Source: Microcoleus sp. | GTDB lineage: Bacteria > Cyanobacteriota > Cyanobacteriia > Cyanobacteriales > Microcoleaceae | DNA: 64,000 nt | Direction of reading: 5' to 3' | NCBI GenBank assembly: GCA_042408215.1 | Contig: JAYFMW010000008.1 | Coordinates: 224,001 to 288,000 of the forward strand | In this document: positions 36,209-47,044 of the stretch, piece after piece | How positions within the stretch are numbered: position 1 is the stretch's first letter | Layout: each line of letters starts with the position of its first letter | The notes under the pieces: model-generated | Seen by the model: the letters and a program-made list of their open reading frames with translations, nothing else | Database searches by the model: none | Told to the model about the DNA's origin: nothing | Made by a program: the position numbers and the translations under genes

Positions 36209-38314
36209 TCAAAGTGCGCCGTCACTCCGGCTACCCCGTGGCGAACCAATCCCGGAGGCGAAAGGAGGTAGGGCGATCTCCTGTTCGCGATCGCGAATTG
36301 TGCTGCGAGCGGTCAGTACCTGGGAAAGAGCCTGCTCTTTGACAGAGACTTTGAAAGATAGAGCCGGAGTCGGGGGAACATAGCCTTGGGGGCTGAGTAC
36401 GGCTCCAGAATTGGGGGATGGCGGCGAAATGAACGGTTCTTTGATGAATGGCTCTTTGGTAAATGGCTCTGCTTCTCCGCTGGGCTTTTCTGGTTGACCT
36501 CGGTAGATGCGCGGTGGCAAATCTTGACTCTCTGGCGGGCTTGACTCAGGAGCAGGTGTACTTCCGTTCTGCAAAACTGACGAGTTTTCCTGCTGTTTGG
36601 GCGTCGTCGGCAAAGTCGGCAAAATCGGAGTAGGTTTGGGTTGTGCTGGCTGGGGCAGATTAGTGTCATCTTTCGGGACTGGGGAATTCAGTCCGGGCTG
36701 GTCATTACCACTTTTTGTCGCTCCTGGCAATGGAGAATTCGGAGTATTTGGTGCTGGTGTTGCCGAAACTGGGGCATCGAGAACTACTGGCGATCGCATG
36801 GGCTTGTCAAAAATACTAGAAATCTGCTCAACGTGTTTGAGGATGCGCTCTGCGGCCGAGCCATTGACCACCTTCGGCTGAAACTGTTTCACCTCCACAG
36901 GGAGAAACTCTACCTTCATATTCCTGTCTTTGAGCGATACTTTCAGCACTGCTGTATCGTAATCGCTGCGAACATTCCCACCGAAGATAAAATTACCCAG
37001 GGAGTAAACAATCGGTCGGCCCTTGTAAATTTCTGCACCTTGCAGGACGTTGGGGTGATGTCCCACCACCAAATCTGCTCCTTGGTCGATCGTGAACCGA
37101 GCCAAATCTATCTGCCAATCCCCCGGATAATCTGCCAATTCCACACCCCAGTGATAATTAACAATAATCCAGTCTACCTGACCCCTGAGAGCTCGAATAT
37201 CCTCCGCCACCCGGTCGTTGCGACGGGAGTTAGTCCCTGCTTTCCCACTGTCGGCGGCGTGTAGGTCAGAATCGTAGTAACCAAGGTAAGCGATCCGCTG
37301 ACCTTTAACCTCAATAATATCTGGACGCCTGGCTTCTTTAAGATCTCTACCGGCTCCCAGGTGCTGAATGCCAGCATTATTTAGAGTATTTATAGTTTCC
37401 ACCAGCCCTGGTTCCTCGTAATCCATAGCGTGGTTATTTGCCAGATTGACAAGATCCACTCCTCCTGCTGTTAATACTTTCACCGATTCTGGATCTGCTT
37501 TAAAATTTAATTGTTTTTTGCTCTGGCCCAGGGTAGAACGAGTCAGGGGGTTTTCCAGGTTAACCATCGCTACATCTGCTTGCCGATATTCATCCATATT
37601 GGCGAAGGCCGAATGGTAATCATTGCCGGCGGCGGCATCCAATAGATTCACATTCCCGCCGAACATCAGCGTTACAGTGGGGTCGTAGGGATTGATCACT
37701 TGTTTTTGCTGCACCACTGGTACTATTTCTAAGGCTGCTTGCACCGCATCAGGACGTTTCGCAGGTGGGCCCGACATTACCAGTGCCTGCTGCTGTTGGG
37801 AGGCGGGCGACACTAACCGCATAGCAAAAGCCTCGTGGTAGCTAACCCAACATCCTAAAATAAATGAGGCAACTGCTGACCCAACTAGGAGCAGAGAACG
37901 ATAGGTTTTAAACTTCACCCAATCGACAGGCCTGGTAGATCTTAGCGCCCGTCGCCGAGAAGCCGGAGTGACAATTCGTACTGACTGTTTCCAGAGAATA
38001 TCGGGTTCCCCAGCCAAGCGCGCCTGAATTCGCACCCCTTGCACTGCTGGCGAGTTTAGTCTCCAGAGTTGATGGCAAATAAATTTAACTAAGCCTTCGC
38101 GCAGAGTGCTACCCAATAATGTAGTATCTGACGCAAATTCGCGTTGGAATTCGACTAATATTTGCAAGCAGCCAGCCTGAGCTTCTTCAACGCGGGCATA
38201 GATCCCTTCTGGTCGGAGCAAGCTGTCAATCCAGTCATTCAGGGCTTGAAAGTTGCCCGATCGCGCTAGCTCAAACATAGAGGGCTGCGACCAATTTTCC
38301 GCGTATACCATCAA
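36209..38314 (-). CDS. CapA-family (PGA synthesis) metallophosphoesterase with TM segment and Pro-rich tail
   Basis: MVNLENP, NLANNHAMDY, YHWGVE, GHHPNVLQ, YSLGNFIFG. Confidence 0.9.
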   Translation of the reverse strand: MMVYAENWSQPSMFELARSGNFQALNDWIDSLLRPEGIYARVEEAQAGCLQILVEFQREFASDTTLLGSTLREGLVKFICHQLWRLNSPAVQGVRIQARLAGEPDILWKQSVRIVTPASRRRALRSTRPVDWVKFKTYRSLLLVGSAVASFILGCWVSYHEAFAMRLVSPASQQQQALVMSGPPAKRPDAVQAALEIVPVVQQKQVINPYDPTVTLMFGGNVNLLDAAAGNDYHSAFANMDEYRQADVAMVNLENPLTRSTLGQSKKQLNFKADPESVKVLTAGGVDLVNLANNHAMDYEEPGLVETINTLNNAGIQHLGAGRDLKEARRPDIIEVKGQRIAYLGYYDSDLHAADSGKAGTNSRRNDRVAEDIRALRGQVDWIIVNYHWGVELADYPGDWQIDLARFTIDQGADLVVGHHPNVLQGAEIYKGRPIVYSLGNFIFGGNVRSDYDTAVLKVSLKDRNMKVEFLPVEVKQFQPKVVNGSAAERILKHVEQISSIFDKPMRSPVVLDAPVSATPAPNTPNSPLPGATKSGNDQPGLNSPVPKDDTNLPQPAQPKPTPILPTLPTTPKQQENSSVLQNGSTPAPESSPPESQDLPPRIYRGQPEKPSGEAEPFTKEPFIKEPFISPPSPNSGAVLSPQGYVPPTPALSFKVSVKEQALSQVLTARSTIRDREQEIALPPFASGIGSPRGSRSDGAL

Positions 38315-39193
38315 TTAGCCTCCTTAACACCGCTTCTAAAAACCTACAGAAATCTGTAAATCAAACTTAGCGGTCTATGTTTAGCCTAGACTAAGTGCTA
38401 TAAGCTTCCTGATTGCTCAGGTTTGCCTAATCTTCCCAGTTAGAGACTGCCTTGATTAGCAGAGGCATTGAAAGATTTGGTTTTTTGATGATTAGTTGGA
38501 GCAAGAGTGTGTTTCTGTGGTTTTCACAGTCAGCTTGAGCAACCCGCACTAATCAAGCGCGTTTCGACCGTTTATAACGATTCTTGCTTGCTTTCGCCAA
38601 AGTCTGACAAATCTAGACTTGTCTAGATTTTTAGGCTACTGTTTTAAACCCTCGATCGCTGACTCCATTTTTTGTGAACGGAACCGCAATTCTTTTAGCT
38701 TAACCGCTACAGGTTCCTCTGCTCGCTTTGAAGCTAGTTGAGCGACCGCCATCATTTTATACAGTTCGCGACCGCCTGCTGTCAGTGACTTCCATCACAC
38801 TTGTGGGAGTAATTCTCAAATCTCAAATCTCAAATCGGCTGACAGGGTTTTCAGGAAAAATGACTATTGTCTTTGTTTTGTCTTGGTTTGAGTGTCGCCT
38901 GGGGGCGATCGCGAAGTCAAGTCGTTCCATGCTCCGAATCTATGAGAGCCGAAGGCTCACGGGAGTGATGCAAGCGGCTGCATAACCTGGGACCGAAGTA
39001 TGTTTTCAAAGAGAGGCGTACTAGATAGATTTAGTGGTAACATGAAATTTGGTAGCCCCCATCGGTGTCAAAGTTTCGGAGAACGTGAAACTGGCTAGTC
39101 TGTAAGGCTGTGCCTTCCGATGTAAAACTCAAAGTACGTTACTGTAAACAGGTCATATTTTAAGCAAGTTACACTGCGCAGGAGAACTGACAA

Positions 39194-39505
39194 ATGCTAC
39201 AGCGCAAAATCTATCAACTCTGTTGTGATGGTCGTGAGGTTTCTATTTTTCTTCGAGATCAGCAACGTTGGATAGAGCGCGCTCGTATCCTAGATATTGA
39301 AGGGGATCTAGTCACGCTGCGCTACGAAACCGACGAAGAAGACGAAATTAGCTCCTGGGAAGAAATGGTGCGTCTAGAAAGTATTGGAGCTGTGTCCCAG
39401 AAGTTGGCTTCGGTGTCGAGAACTAACTGCGAGCCCCTAGTTTCTGACGACTGTCCAGAGATAGAACAAATTCGCAATCATTACCCAGACTCTAATTTGG
39501 AATAG
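39194..39505 (+). CDS. Conserved cyanobacterial hypothetical protein (DUF6679-like)
   Basis: AGGAG RBS; MLQRKIYQLCCDGREV.IFLRDQQRWIE resembles a widespread cyanobacterial protein. Confidence 0.75.
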   Translation: MLQRKIYQLCCDGREVSIFLRDQQRWIERARILDIEGDLVTLRYETDEEDEISSWEEMVRLESIGAVSQKLASVSRTNCEPLVSDDCPEIEQIRNHYPDSNLE

Positions 39506-39592
39506 TTTTGAGCTTGTGTCTGGGGAAGCAGATGATATCAAAGAGATTGGGGGTTCAGGAAGCAACTTTCCCCCCTTTTTTTGTTTTCTCGA

Positions 39593-41242
39593 TCAGTCTG
39601 TTTCCAAGTCGGGATCAAGTTCAGATTCCGGTATCGCTTCAAACACGGGACAGTAACCGTCGGGGGTAACTTTAAAGGCAAACAAAGCACTGGACTGGTT
39701 CCAACAGCGTTGGCCGCGGTAGTGCTGACAGTTGCCACAGCATTCAATGTTAACAGTGCGGGTGCGATCGCCCCCTTGGTATGCGATCGAAGAGAGCAGT
39801 TCCCGCTGGGAGAGACCGCGCAGTACCAGTTCTTCCCCTTGCCAGCGGGCTTCTACCAAACCCGTATCGGCAAAATTGATCCAGCGAGAATCGTCTGTAA
39901 TCGAGTTCGGCAAGCTAATCGCTACCTCCGTCCCCAACTCGCTGAGTTCTCCCTGATAATTAGTGTCCGGGATAGCCGGTTGCAGAAAAGTTTCCCCAAT
40001 GGGCAATTCGACAAGAGTGCCGGCGGCGGGAGTATGCAACTGGTAGCGGTTACGCAACTCGTCCAAATTAGCGAGGTCAGCCAAATATGCAGGGGAACCG
40101 TGGATCAAAAGTACGTGTTGGGGACGCAAATTGTGAATGAGCTGCGTAGTCCCCGGGCCGTCGCAGTGTTCTGTCAACAAATAAGTTTCGATGCTTCTGA
40201 GTCCAGACTCGTGTAAGGAACCAAGCCATGCCCTGACGGGAGATCCGGGTTTTTGAGCAGCCAGCACAATCCAAGGATTTGTGCCGCTTGCCTGGTACTG
40301 ATCCAAATCAGCAGTTTGATCCGCGATGACAATACAGGGATTTTCGCCCAAACAGGAGCGTTGTTCGGGAGACAGTCGGCGCACGCGGGGCTTCACCCTT
40401 TCGTCCCAAAATAGGGGTTGGTGCTGAGCAAAATTTTGGACTGCTGTGGGAAATTGGGTGAGCAATTCCAGATAGGCGTCGCACCCGTCGGCAACAGTGC
40501 CATCTACCCAAATATCCAAGTCGCGGCCGGTGAAGAAGTGGTGGCTGCGTAGCAACATTAGGAGTTCCTGACCCAAACCGAGTGAAGGCGTGGGCAGCAG
40601 TACGGAATACCCGTCGGCTATGGCACGGTGAATCCGCTCTGCCAACAGATTTTCCAGTTGTCGGCGGTGAGGGTGGCGCGCGGTGCCGTAACTCCCTTCG
40701 AGAATGAGCACGTCAGGCTTGAGTCCTCTGAGTTCTCCCAGGGGCAATCCTTCCACCAAACGAGAATTGGACAGAAAAAAATCGCCGGTGTACAGGAGGG
40801 TGTAGGTGCGGTGGGGGGCGGCGTAGGTCAACAGCACGGCTGCGGCTCCTGGCAAATGGCCAGAAGGGAACAATTGCACGCTTAGTCCTCGGCGTAGTTC
40901 TACTGGCGACTGCCAAGGCAGTGCCTGACAGAACCTCGACTCTGGCTGCTGAGACAGTTGCGGCCAGTTGAGCGGTAGCAGTTGCGTTGTGACTTCGCTG
41001 GCGTAAATTGGCAGTTGTCGGAAGGACTGGTGGAGTGCTAGTAAACCTCTGGCGTGGTCGGAATGGGCGTGAGTACAGAGGACAAAATCGGCTGGCTGGG
41101 GTCGATCGAGTCCTGCTGACAGAGGTGAGATATCCTGGATGCCACAGTCGAGTAAAATGCGGTGCGGCCCCATTCGCACTAACAGACAGACCCCTTCATC
41201 TGCGTGGCCAGTGCCGTAAGGTAAACAATCGAGCTCCATCAT
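39593..41242 (-). CDS. MBL-fold/beta-CASP metallo-hydrolase (RNA-processing type)
   Basis: ILLDCG, THAHSDH, GHLPGAA, YTGDF, LEGSYG, LIHG. Confidence 0.9.
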   Translation of the reverse strand: MMELDCLPYGTGHADEGVCLLVRMGPHRILLDCGIQDISPLSAGLDRPQPADFVLCTHAHSDHARGLLALHQSFRQLPIYASEVTTQLLPLNWPQLSQQPESRFCQALPWQSPVELRRGLSVQLFPSGHLPGAAAVLLTYAAPHRTYTLLYTGDFFLSNSRLVEGLPLGELRGLKPDVLILEGSYGTARHPHRRQLENLLAERIHRAIADGYSVLLPTPSLGLGQELLMLLRSHHFFTGRDLDIWVDGTVADGCDAYLELLTQFPTAVQNFAQHQPLFWDERVKPRVRRLSPEQRSCLGENPCIVIADQTADLDQYQASGTNPWIVLAAQKPGSPVRAWLGSLHESGLRSIETYLLTEHCDGPGTTQLIHNLRPQHVLLIHGSPAYLADLANLDELRNRYQLHTPAAGTLVELPIGETFLQPAIPDTNYQGELSELGTEVAISLPNSITDDSRWINFADTGLVEARWQGEELVLRGLSQRELLSSIAYQGGDRTRTVNIECCGNCQHYRGQRCWNQSSALFAFKVTPDGYCPVFEAIPESELDPDLETD

Positions 41243-41388
41243 TGCAGTTAGCCCCCAGCTTTGCGCGCAATTTGCAGTATTATAAAACTTTATTAAGTTT
41301 GTAAGCAGTAGTAAGCAATGGTAGTATCATATAGTTAGAAGGCTCAACAGAGATAATTATTACAATTATTAAAAAATGGAGAGTCTGA

Positions 41389-42702
41389 ATGCAACTAGCA
41401 GAGAGACACAGCATTAAATCCACCGAAAATCGTTTTGTTGAAATTGACGGATTAGCCTTTAAATCAAAAAATCTCTACAACGTCGCTAACTACGTTATTC
41501 GTCAGAGTTTTGTCTATGGATGGGGTTATATCAATTACAACGAAATGAACCGTTTGATGAAGTCTCATCAAGCATACAAGGACTTACCAGCCAAGGTAAG
41601 TCAACAAATCTTGATGATATTGGACAAGAATTGGCAATCTTTTTTTGAAGCCGTTAAAGCTTACAATATTGAGCCAACAAAATTTACTGGTCGCCCGAAG
41701 TTACCGAAGTACAAAGATAAAGTTAAGGGTCGGAATATTCTCGTCTATACGATTCAGGCGATTAGTAGCAAGCAACTAAAGAAAGGAATTATCCATCTGT
41801 CCGGGACTAATATCTTGATTAAGACCCAGGTAAAACCAGAGCAAATTTGTCAAGTCAGACTGGTTCCAAAATGTGATTCTTATGTAATCGAGGTAATTTA
41901 TAATGAGCCGGAGTCCACCGTCGAACCAAATCCGAAAGAAGCAATTGCTAGTATCGACTTAGGGCTAAATAATTTAGTGGCGTTAACTTCAAATCAGCCG
42001 GGATTTGTCCCTTTACTGATTAACGGGCGACCATTAAAATCAATTAATCAGTTTTACAACAAGCGCAAAGCCCATCTACAATCTCAGCTAAAAGGAAGTC
42101 GCAAAACATCATCTCGAATTAGGTGTCTCACTCGTTGTCGCAATCAAAAAGTCGAGAATTACTTACACCATACCAGTCGTTCTATCATCAATCTTCTAAT
42201 AGAACGAAAGCTCGGGACGCTAGTGATTGGAAAAAACCTACAATGGAAAAACGAGATTAACTTAGGGAAGCAGACAAATCAGAACTTCGTAACTATTCCT
42301 CATGCTCGATTAATTGAGATGTTGGAATACAAAGCTGAATTGGTTGGAATAAGAGTGATGGTGCAGGAAGAATCATATACTTCTCAATCCAGTTTCCTAA
42401 ATTTAGATCCAATTCCTGTATACGGGAGTATTGGTGCCCTGGATGTCACATTCAGTGGCCAACGAATTAAGAGAGGATTGTACAAAACGTCGGAGGGTCA
42501 ATTAATTAATGCCGATGTTAATGGGTCTTACAATATATTGAGAAAAGCAATCCCAAATGCCTTGTGCAATGGGATAGAGAGCTGCGTAGTTCAGCCGAGG
42601 CGGGTTAATCCGCTCGAAGTAAAAAAGAAAGGGGAGGGACTTCATGCCTCCCACGGCACTGTCATAAATGACTATACTTTTACCAGCTATCACAATATTT
42701 AA
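41389..42702 (+). CDS. tnpB: Solo TnpB-family RNA-guided nuclease
   Basis: SKNLYN, PKLPKYK, SIDLGLNN, QEESYTS, INADVNGSYNI; no adjacent tnpA. Confidence 0.92.
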   Translation: MQLAERHSIKSTENRFVEIDGLAFKSKNLYNVANYVIRQSFVYGWGYINYNEMNRLMKSHQAYKDLPAKVSQQILMILDKNWQSFFEAVKAYNIEPTKFTGRPKLPKYKDKVKGRNILVYTIQAISSKQLKKGIIHLSGTNILIKTQVKPEQICQVRLVPKCDSYVIEVIYNEPESTVEPNPKEAIASIDLGLNNLVALTSNQPGFVPLLINGRPLKSINQFYNKRKAHLQSQLKGSRKTSSRIRCLTRCRNQKVENYLHHTSRSIINLLIERKLGTLVIGKNLQWKNEINLGKQTNQNFVTIPHARLIEMLEYKAELVGIRVMVQEESYTSQSSFLNLDPIPVYGSIGALDVTFSGQRIKRGLYKTSEGQLINADVNGSYNILRKAIPNALCNGIESCVVQPRRVNPLEVKKKGEGLHASHGTVINDYTFTSYHNI

Positions 42703-43230
42703 ACTCTTGTCACGACTCCATGCATTGATCGAGTGGAAATGTTTGCGATACAGATTCGGCCCTTAAGATTTGATGCTACCAAGGAAAGCGATCTGCCGAT
42801 TGATACACAAGTCGTCGTATTTGTCAACGTGCAAATCCGAGCTGATGGGGACTGTTGGCTGCCGATCGCACGGAGAATTGATCCAAGGCTGAAGGAGCGA
42901 TCGTTTTCAGGAGCATAAATTATGTCGAAAAAAAACTTGACATCAGCGGGTCTGCGAAAGTAAAAATAAGTAAAAGCAACAACAAAAAGAGGATTAATGT
43001 TTGAGTCGCGAGTGGCGATCGGCAAGTATTGCATTGAGGGGTTGCTATTGGCTAAAACCTCCGCTCAAATACGGAGTAGCAATTGCTTCAGAGTGGAGAA
43101 CGGGACAGTAAAAATATGTAAAAGCAAATACGCAGCCACTAATACTTAGAGTAAAATACACAATTGCAACAAGGCAATACTTAGATAAATAAACATTCAA
43201 ACCAAGCATTAAATCCCAGTAAAATAACTC

Positions 43231-44424
43231 ATGGCAACAGCTATTCTCGACTTAGAAATCTCCAAACTGCCACCAGAAATAGCGGTTGAGGAGCGTTACA
43301 GCAAAGCCTTGGTTTTAATTAGACTGCACGGAAACCCGATCGGCCAAGCAACTTTGCCCGTAGTCGGAGGTCGCATTGGCGACAATGAATTGCGGGAAAC
43401 ACTGATGAAGGCTGTGGGGGAGAATCTGTGGAAAAACTGGCTCTGGGATGTTCTAGAATGGGACGAACGCGGGCCGGTGCAGCCAGTGCCGATCGCCACA
43501 GTAGCGGTTTGCACGCGCGATCGCCCGGAAGATTTGCAGCGGTGTCTAGAAGCATTGATGCGGCTGCCAGATGATGGTCAGGAATACTTGGTAATTGACA
43601 ATTGTCCGGCTACCGACGCGACGCAGGAACTGGTCAAAAATTACCCACAATTCCGCTATGTGCGGGAGGATGTACAGGGCTCCAGCGCCGCCCGCAATCG
43701 AGCTTTACGGGAAGCTAAACACGAATTCGTGGCGTTTACAGATGACGATGCAGTGCCCGATGGGAATTGGTTGCGATCGCTCTTGCGAAATTTCAGCGAT
43801 CCCCGCGTGATGTGTGTGACGGGCCTAGTGATGCCCCTAGAACTGGAAACAGAAGCGCAAGAATGGTTTGAGCGCTACAGCCCCCACGGGCGGGGATTTG
43901 GGCGAGTTGTATTTGATGGGGCGCACAGCAATCCGCTGATGGTGAATCTTGTGGGAGTTTCGGCGAGTATGGCTTTGCGTTCAAGGGCGATCGACTTTAT
44001 TGGCTGGTTTGATGAAGTTCTGGGGGCGGGAACGCCCACGGCTAGCGGGGAAGACTGCGAATTTTTTACCCGCATTTTGCGATCGGGTTACTGTATTGTC
44101 TACGAGCCCAGGGCTTTGAGTTGGCATCGCCACCGGCGCACCTGGGAAGAATTGCGGAATACCCTTGAAGGCTACGGAGTTGGAGTTTACGCTTTCTGGA
44201 CGATGATGATGGTGGTAAATAGGGAATTCAGCGTGGTTCTGTTAGGCTTGTCATGGTTGTGGTACAAACAAATTCCTGAACTAATTGCTTCAGTGCGAAA
44301 GCAACCGGATTCTGTTCCTAGTGATTTGCTTTTGGCTCAATTACGGGGCTGTATTAGCGGGCCGATGGCTTATTTTGCTTCTCGCAAGTGGTTGCAAAAG
44401 ATTAAGGAAGAAATTATGAGTTAG
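43231..44424 (+). CDS. Glycosyltransferase family 2
   Basis: VAVCTRDR, VIDN, SAARNR, FTDDDA, GEDCE. Confidence 0.92.
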   Translation: MATAILDLEISKLPPEIAVEERYSKALVLIRLHGNPIGQATLPVVGGRIGDNELRETLMKAVGENLWKNWLWDVLEWDERGPVQPVPIATVAVCTRDRPEDLQRCLEALMRLPDDGQEYLVIDNCPATDATQELVKNYPQFRYVREDVQGSSAARNRALREAKHEFVAFTDDDAVPDGNWLRSLLRNFSDPRVMCVTGLVMPLELETEAQEWFERYSPHGRGFGRVVFDGAHSNPLMVNLVGVSASMALRSRAIDFIGWFDEVLGAGTPTASGEDCEFFTRILRSGYCIVYEPRALSWHRHRRTWEELRNTLEGYGVGVYAFWTMMMVVNREFSVVLLGLSWLWYKQIPELIASVRKQPDSVPSDLLLAQLRGCISGPMAYFASRKWLQKIKEEIMS

Positions 44425-44625
44425 TTGTGAGTTGTGAGTTGTGAGTTGTGAGTTGTGAGTTGTGAGTTGTGAGTTGTTAGTTGTTATTGGTTAAAAATGC
44501 CCGATTCCCGATGCCCGATTCCCGATGCCCGATTCCCAATGCCCAATTCCCAATGCCCGATGCCCGATTCCCAATGCCCGATTCCCAATGCCCAATGCCC
44601 AATGCCCAATGCCCAATGCCCAATG
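44425..44625. repeat. (GTTGTGA)n and (ATGCCCR/ATTCCCR)n heptamer repeats
   Basis: Visible directly between the two GT2 genes. Confidence 0.9.
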
Positions 44626-44630
44626 TCAAT

Positions 44631-45977
44631 ATGGAAAATCTAACAGTTAGTATAGTTCTGATAACTCACAACCGAAGTTATTCGCTGCGGCGGGCTTTGG
44701 ATGCTTTGCAATTACAGACTTATCCCTTAGAACTCATCGAAGTTAGGGTGGTGGTAGATAGCTGCATTGACGATACTTTAGCAATGTTAGAAGAGTACAA
44801 AGCTCTTTTTAAACTGCAAATAATTGAGGCAAACTGCCGGAGTGTGGGTATGTCTCGCAATGTTGGAGCTTTAGAGGCTACTGGACAAATGTTGCTGTTT
44901 CTGGACGATGATATAGAAGCAATGCCGTGTTTAGTGGAAAACCATTTGCGGGTTCATCGAGAGCATCCGGGCTGCGCTGCGATCGGTCCTTATCCGCCAA
45001 AGTTGCAATCCAGGACTAAGTTTTTTGAGGTAGAAGTGCGGACTTGGTGGGAGGAAAAATTTTACCAGATGAGTAAGCCTGCTCACCGCTATAGTTATCA
45101 AGATTTGCTCTGTGGCAATCTTTCTATTGATACAAAACTGTTTGCTAGCACTGGAGGTTTTGATTCTGCTTTCGGTCCTGGTACTGCTTATGAAGATTAC
45201 GAATTCGCCTTGCGTTTGCTCAAGGCAAATGTACCTTTTGTGGCGGCACCGGATGCTGTCGGCTATCATTATGAACATGAAACTAACAATCTCGAACGCT
45301 CTTTTGGTCGTGCTCGTGCGGAAGGGCGTTCTGATGTTTTGATCGGTGAGCGACACCCGGAAATCAAACCGATTCTACGCATAAAGGACTATGAAACTCC
45401 TGATGCGCTGGTAGATAAAATTTTGGTGGCGATCGTGTTTTTATGGCCAGCCGGTTTAGATTTGTTGACTATCGGACTAAGAAAATCCCTTGACTGGCTG
45501 GAATACATGGGGATGCGGGGTAGTTGGCGGTGGCTGCGGAGGAGACTACTGGCTTACTCGTATTTGCGGGGGGTGATGGATCGGTTGAAAAGTCGATCGG
45601 CGCTTGCTAGTTTTATGCAAGCAGGAAGGGCTAGCGCGGATGTGAACCCACGGGAAATTGAAATTGATTTGCGGGAAGGTTGGGAGGCGGCAGAGTTCTT
45701 CATTGACGAAAAACGACCAGATGGGATTCACTTCCGTTATGGTGAAATGGCGGTGGGTTATGTTCCACCTCAACTGGGTATGGAGCCACTGCGGGGCGTT
45801 CACTTGCGATCGATTTTGGCAAATACCATGTCGGATAAATTGCTAGTGGCGATCGCCCTTAACGGTATGCCCAAAAGTGCTGCTGATTCTGAGCCTAGCT
45901 TAGTTGACAACACCCTACTGCAACATCTACAGTTATGTACAGTATTGGACAAAAAAAACCTTGACAATCATTCGTAG
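44631..45977 (+). CDS. Glycosyltransferase family 2
   Basis: [28 protein letters not shown]...EDYEFALRL. Start set at the ATG 44631 because the upstream extension is repeat-derived. Confidence 0.9.
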   Translation: MENLTVSIVLITHNRSYSLRRALDALQLQTYPLELIEVRVVVDSCIDDTLAMLEEYKALFKLQIIEANCRSVGMSRNVGALEATGQMLLFLDDDIEAMPCLVENHLRVHREHPGCAAIGPYPPKLQSRTKFFEVEVRTWWEEKFYQMSKPAHRYSYQDLLCGNLSIDTKLFASTGGFDSAFGPGTAYEDYEFALRLLKANVPFVAAPDAVGYHYEHETNNLERSFGRARAEGRSDVLIGERHPEIKPILRIKDYETPDALVDKILVAIVFLWPAGLDLLTIGLRKSLDWLEYMGMRGSWRWLRRRLLAYSYLRGVMDRLKSRSALASFMQAGRASADVNPREIEIDLREGWEAAEFFIDEKRPDGIHFRYGEMAVGYVPPQLGMEPLRGVHLRSILANTMSDKLLVAIALNGMPKSAADSEPSLVDNTLLQHLQLCTVLDKKNLDNHS

Positions 45978-46252
45978 AAAACCGCTATAGGCAGAAACCG
46001 GGTTTTTGACGACAAGACTCTATTTAAATCTTTAATACTGGTGAAAACCCGGTTTCTTTGGAGCCCATGCGTAATTCTTAGAATTTTGAAAAACATGAAT
46101 TCGCAGTTAAATAATTAGAACTTGACAAGGGTAATTATGGCATTAAAACTGATTGTAGAATTTTTAGAATCTGCTGACAAAGCGACTCAGGTGCAGATTA
46201 AGTTGTTCGAGGAGTCGCAACCGGAACCTCAGATAGTTGCTGGGGGTGTGCG

Positions 46253-47044
46253 GTGAGAAATACGGGAAATGTGGCGTACATTCGCAAAATCACTCATTTC
46301 TTTGATTTGCTGCGAGTGTTAGTCGATCGAGATATGAAATTACTTTACAAGCGATCGTCTTTAGGCATTGCTTGGACTTTAATCAGTCCGCTGTTACAGT
46401 TGGCTGTGTTTTCCTTTGTGTTTCGATCCGTAATACCGATTAATGTTTCTAAGTTCTCTTCATTTGCGTTCAGCGGTTTGTTAATTTGGACTTGGAGTCA
46501 GACAGCGCTCTTCAAATCGACAGCACTTATTACAAACAACCGAGCTTTAATTAGACAGCCAAATTTTCCTACAGAAATTTTACCATTGGTGACAACAACA
46601 ACGGGATTAATTCACTTTTTGCTGGCGCTACCGGTGCTAATTATCTTTCTGGCTGTTGATGGAGTTCGGCCAAGTTATGTGCTGCTTATTTTACCACTAT
46701 TGATGTTTATTCAGTTTATTTTGACAGTGAGTTTTGCTTATCCACTCGCTGCGTTGAATGTCACGTTTCGCGACACTCAACACACTTTGGGTGTGCTGTT
46801 GCAGATGTTTTTTTATCTGACTCCAATTTTCTACGACCTCAACAGTGTCCCGGAAGCATATCGTGCATTCTATCAGTTAAATCCGATGGTACCTTTGATG
46901 CAAGCTTACCGCGATGTACTGTTGAGAGGTATTCAGCCGGATTGGTTAGCACTGTTAATTCTCAGCGGTGTTGTCGCCGTTCTTTTTCCGATCGGGTTGG
47001 GGATTTTTCGACGCCAAAGCGATCGTTTTGTGGAGGAATTGTAA
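46253..47044 (+). CDS. wzm: Polysaccharide ABC exporter permease
   Basis: RDMKLLYKRSSLGIAWTLISPL, FRDTQH, FYLTPIFY, LNPM; six-TM pattern. Confidence 0.92.
   Translation: MRNTGNVAYIRKITHFFDLLRVLVDRDMKLLYKRSSLGIAWTLISPLLQLAVFSFVFRSVIPINVSKFSSFAFSGLLIWTWSQTALFKSTALITNNRALIRQPNFPTEILPLVTTTTGLIHFLLALPVLIIFLAVDGVRPSYVLLILPLLMFIQFILTVSFAYPLAALNVTFRDTQHTLGVLLQMFFYLTPIFYDLNSVPEAYRAFYQLNPMVPLMQAYRDVLLRGIQPDWLALLILSGVVAVLFPIGLGIFRRQSDRFVEEL

Noticed and set aside
39581..40216. 211-aa plus-strand ORF (likewise 36641-37264 and 33888-34829)
   Set aside because: These are antisense shadows of well-supported genes and carry no recognisable motifs.
42699..43034. 111-aa minus-strand ORF upstream of the GT cluster
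   Set aside because: No recognisable motif or RBS; it is more likely the promoter/leader region of the glycan operon.
44481..44630. MPDARFP-repeat N-terminal extension of the GT2
   Set aside because: It is encoded by heptamer repeats; the GT2 fold starts at ATG 44631.
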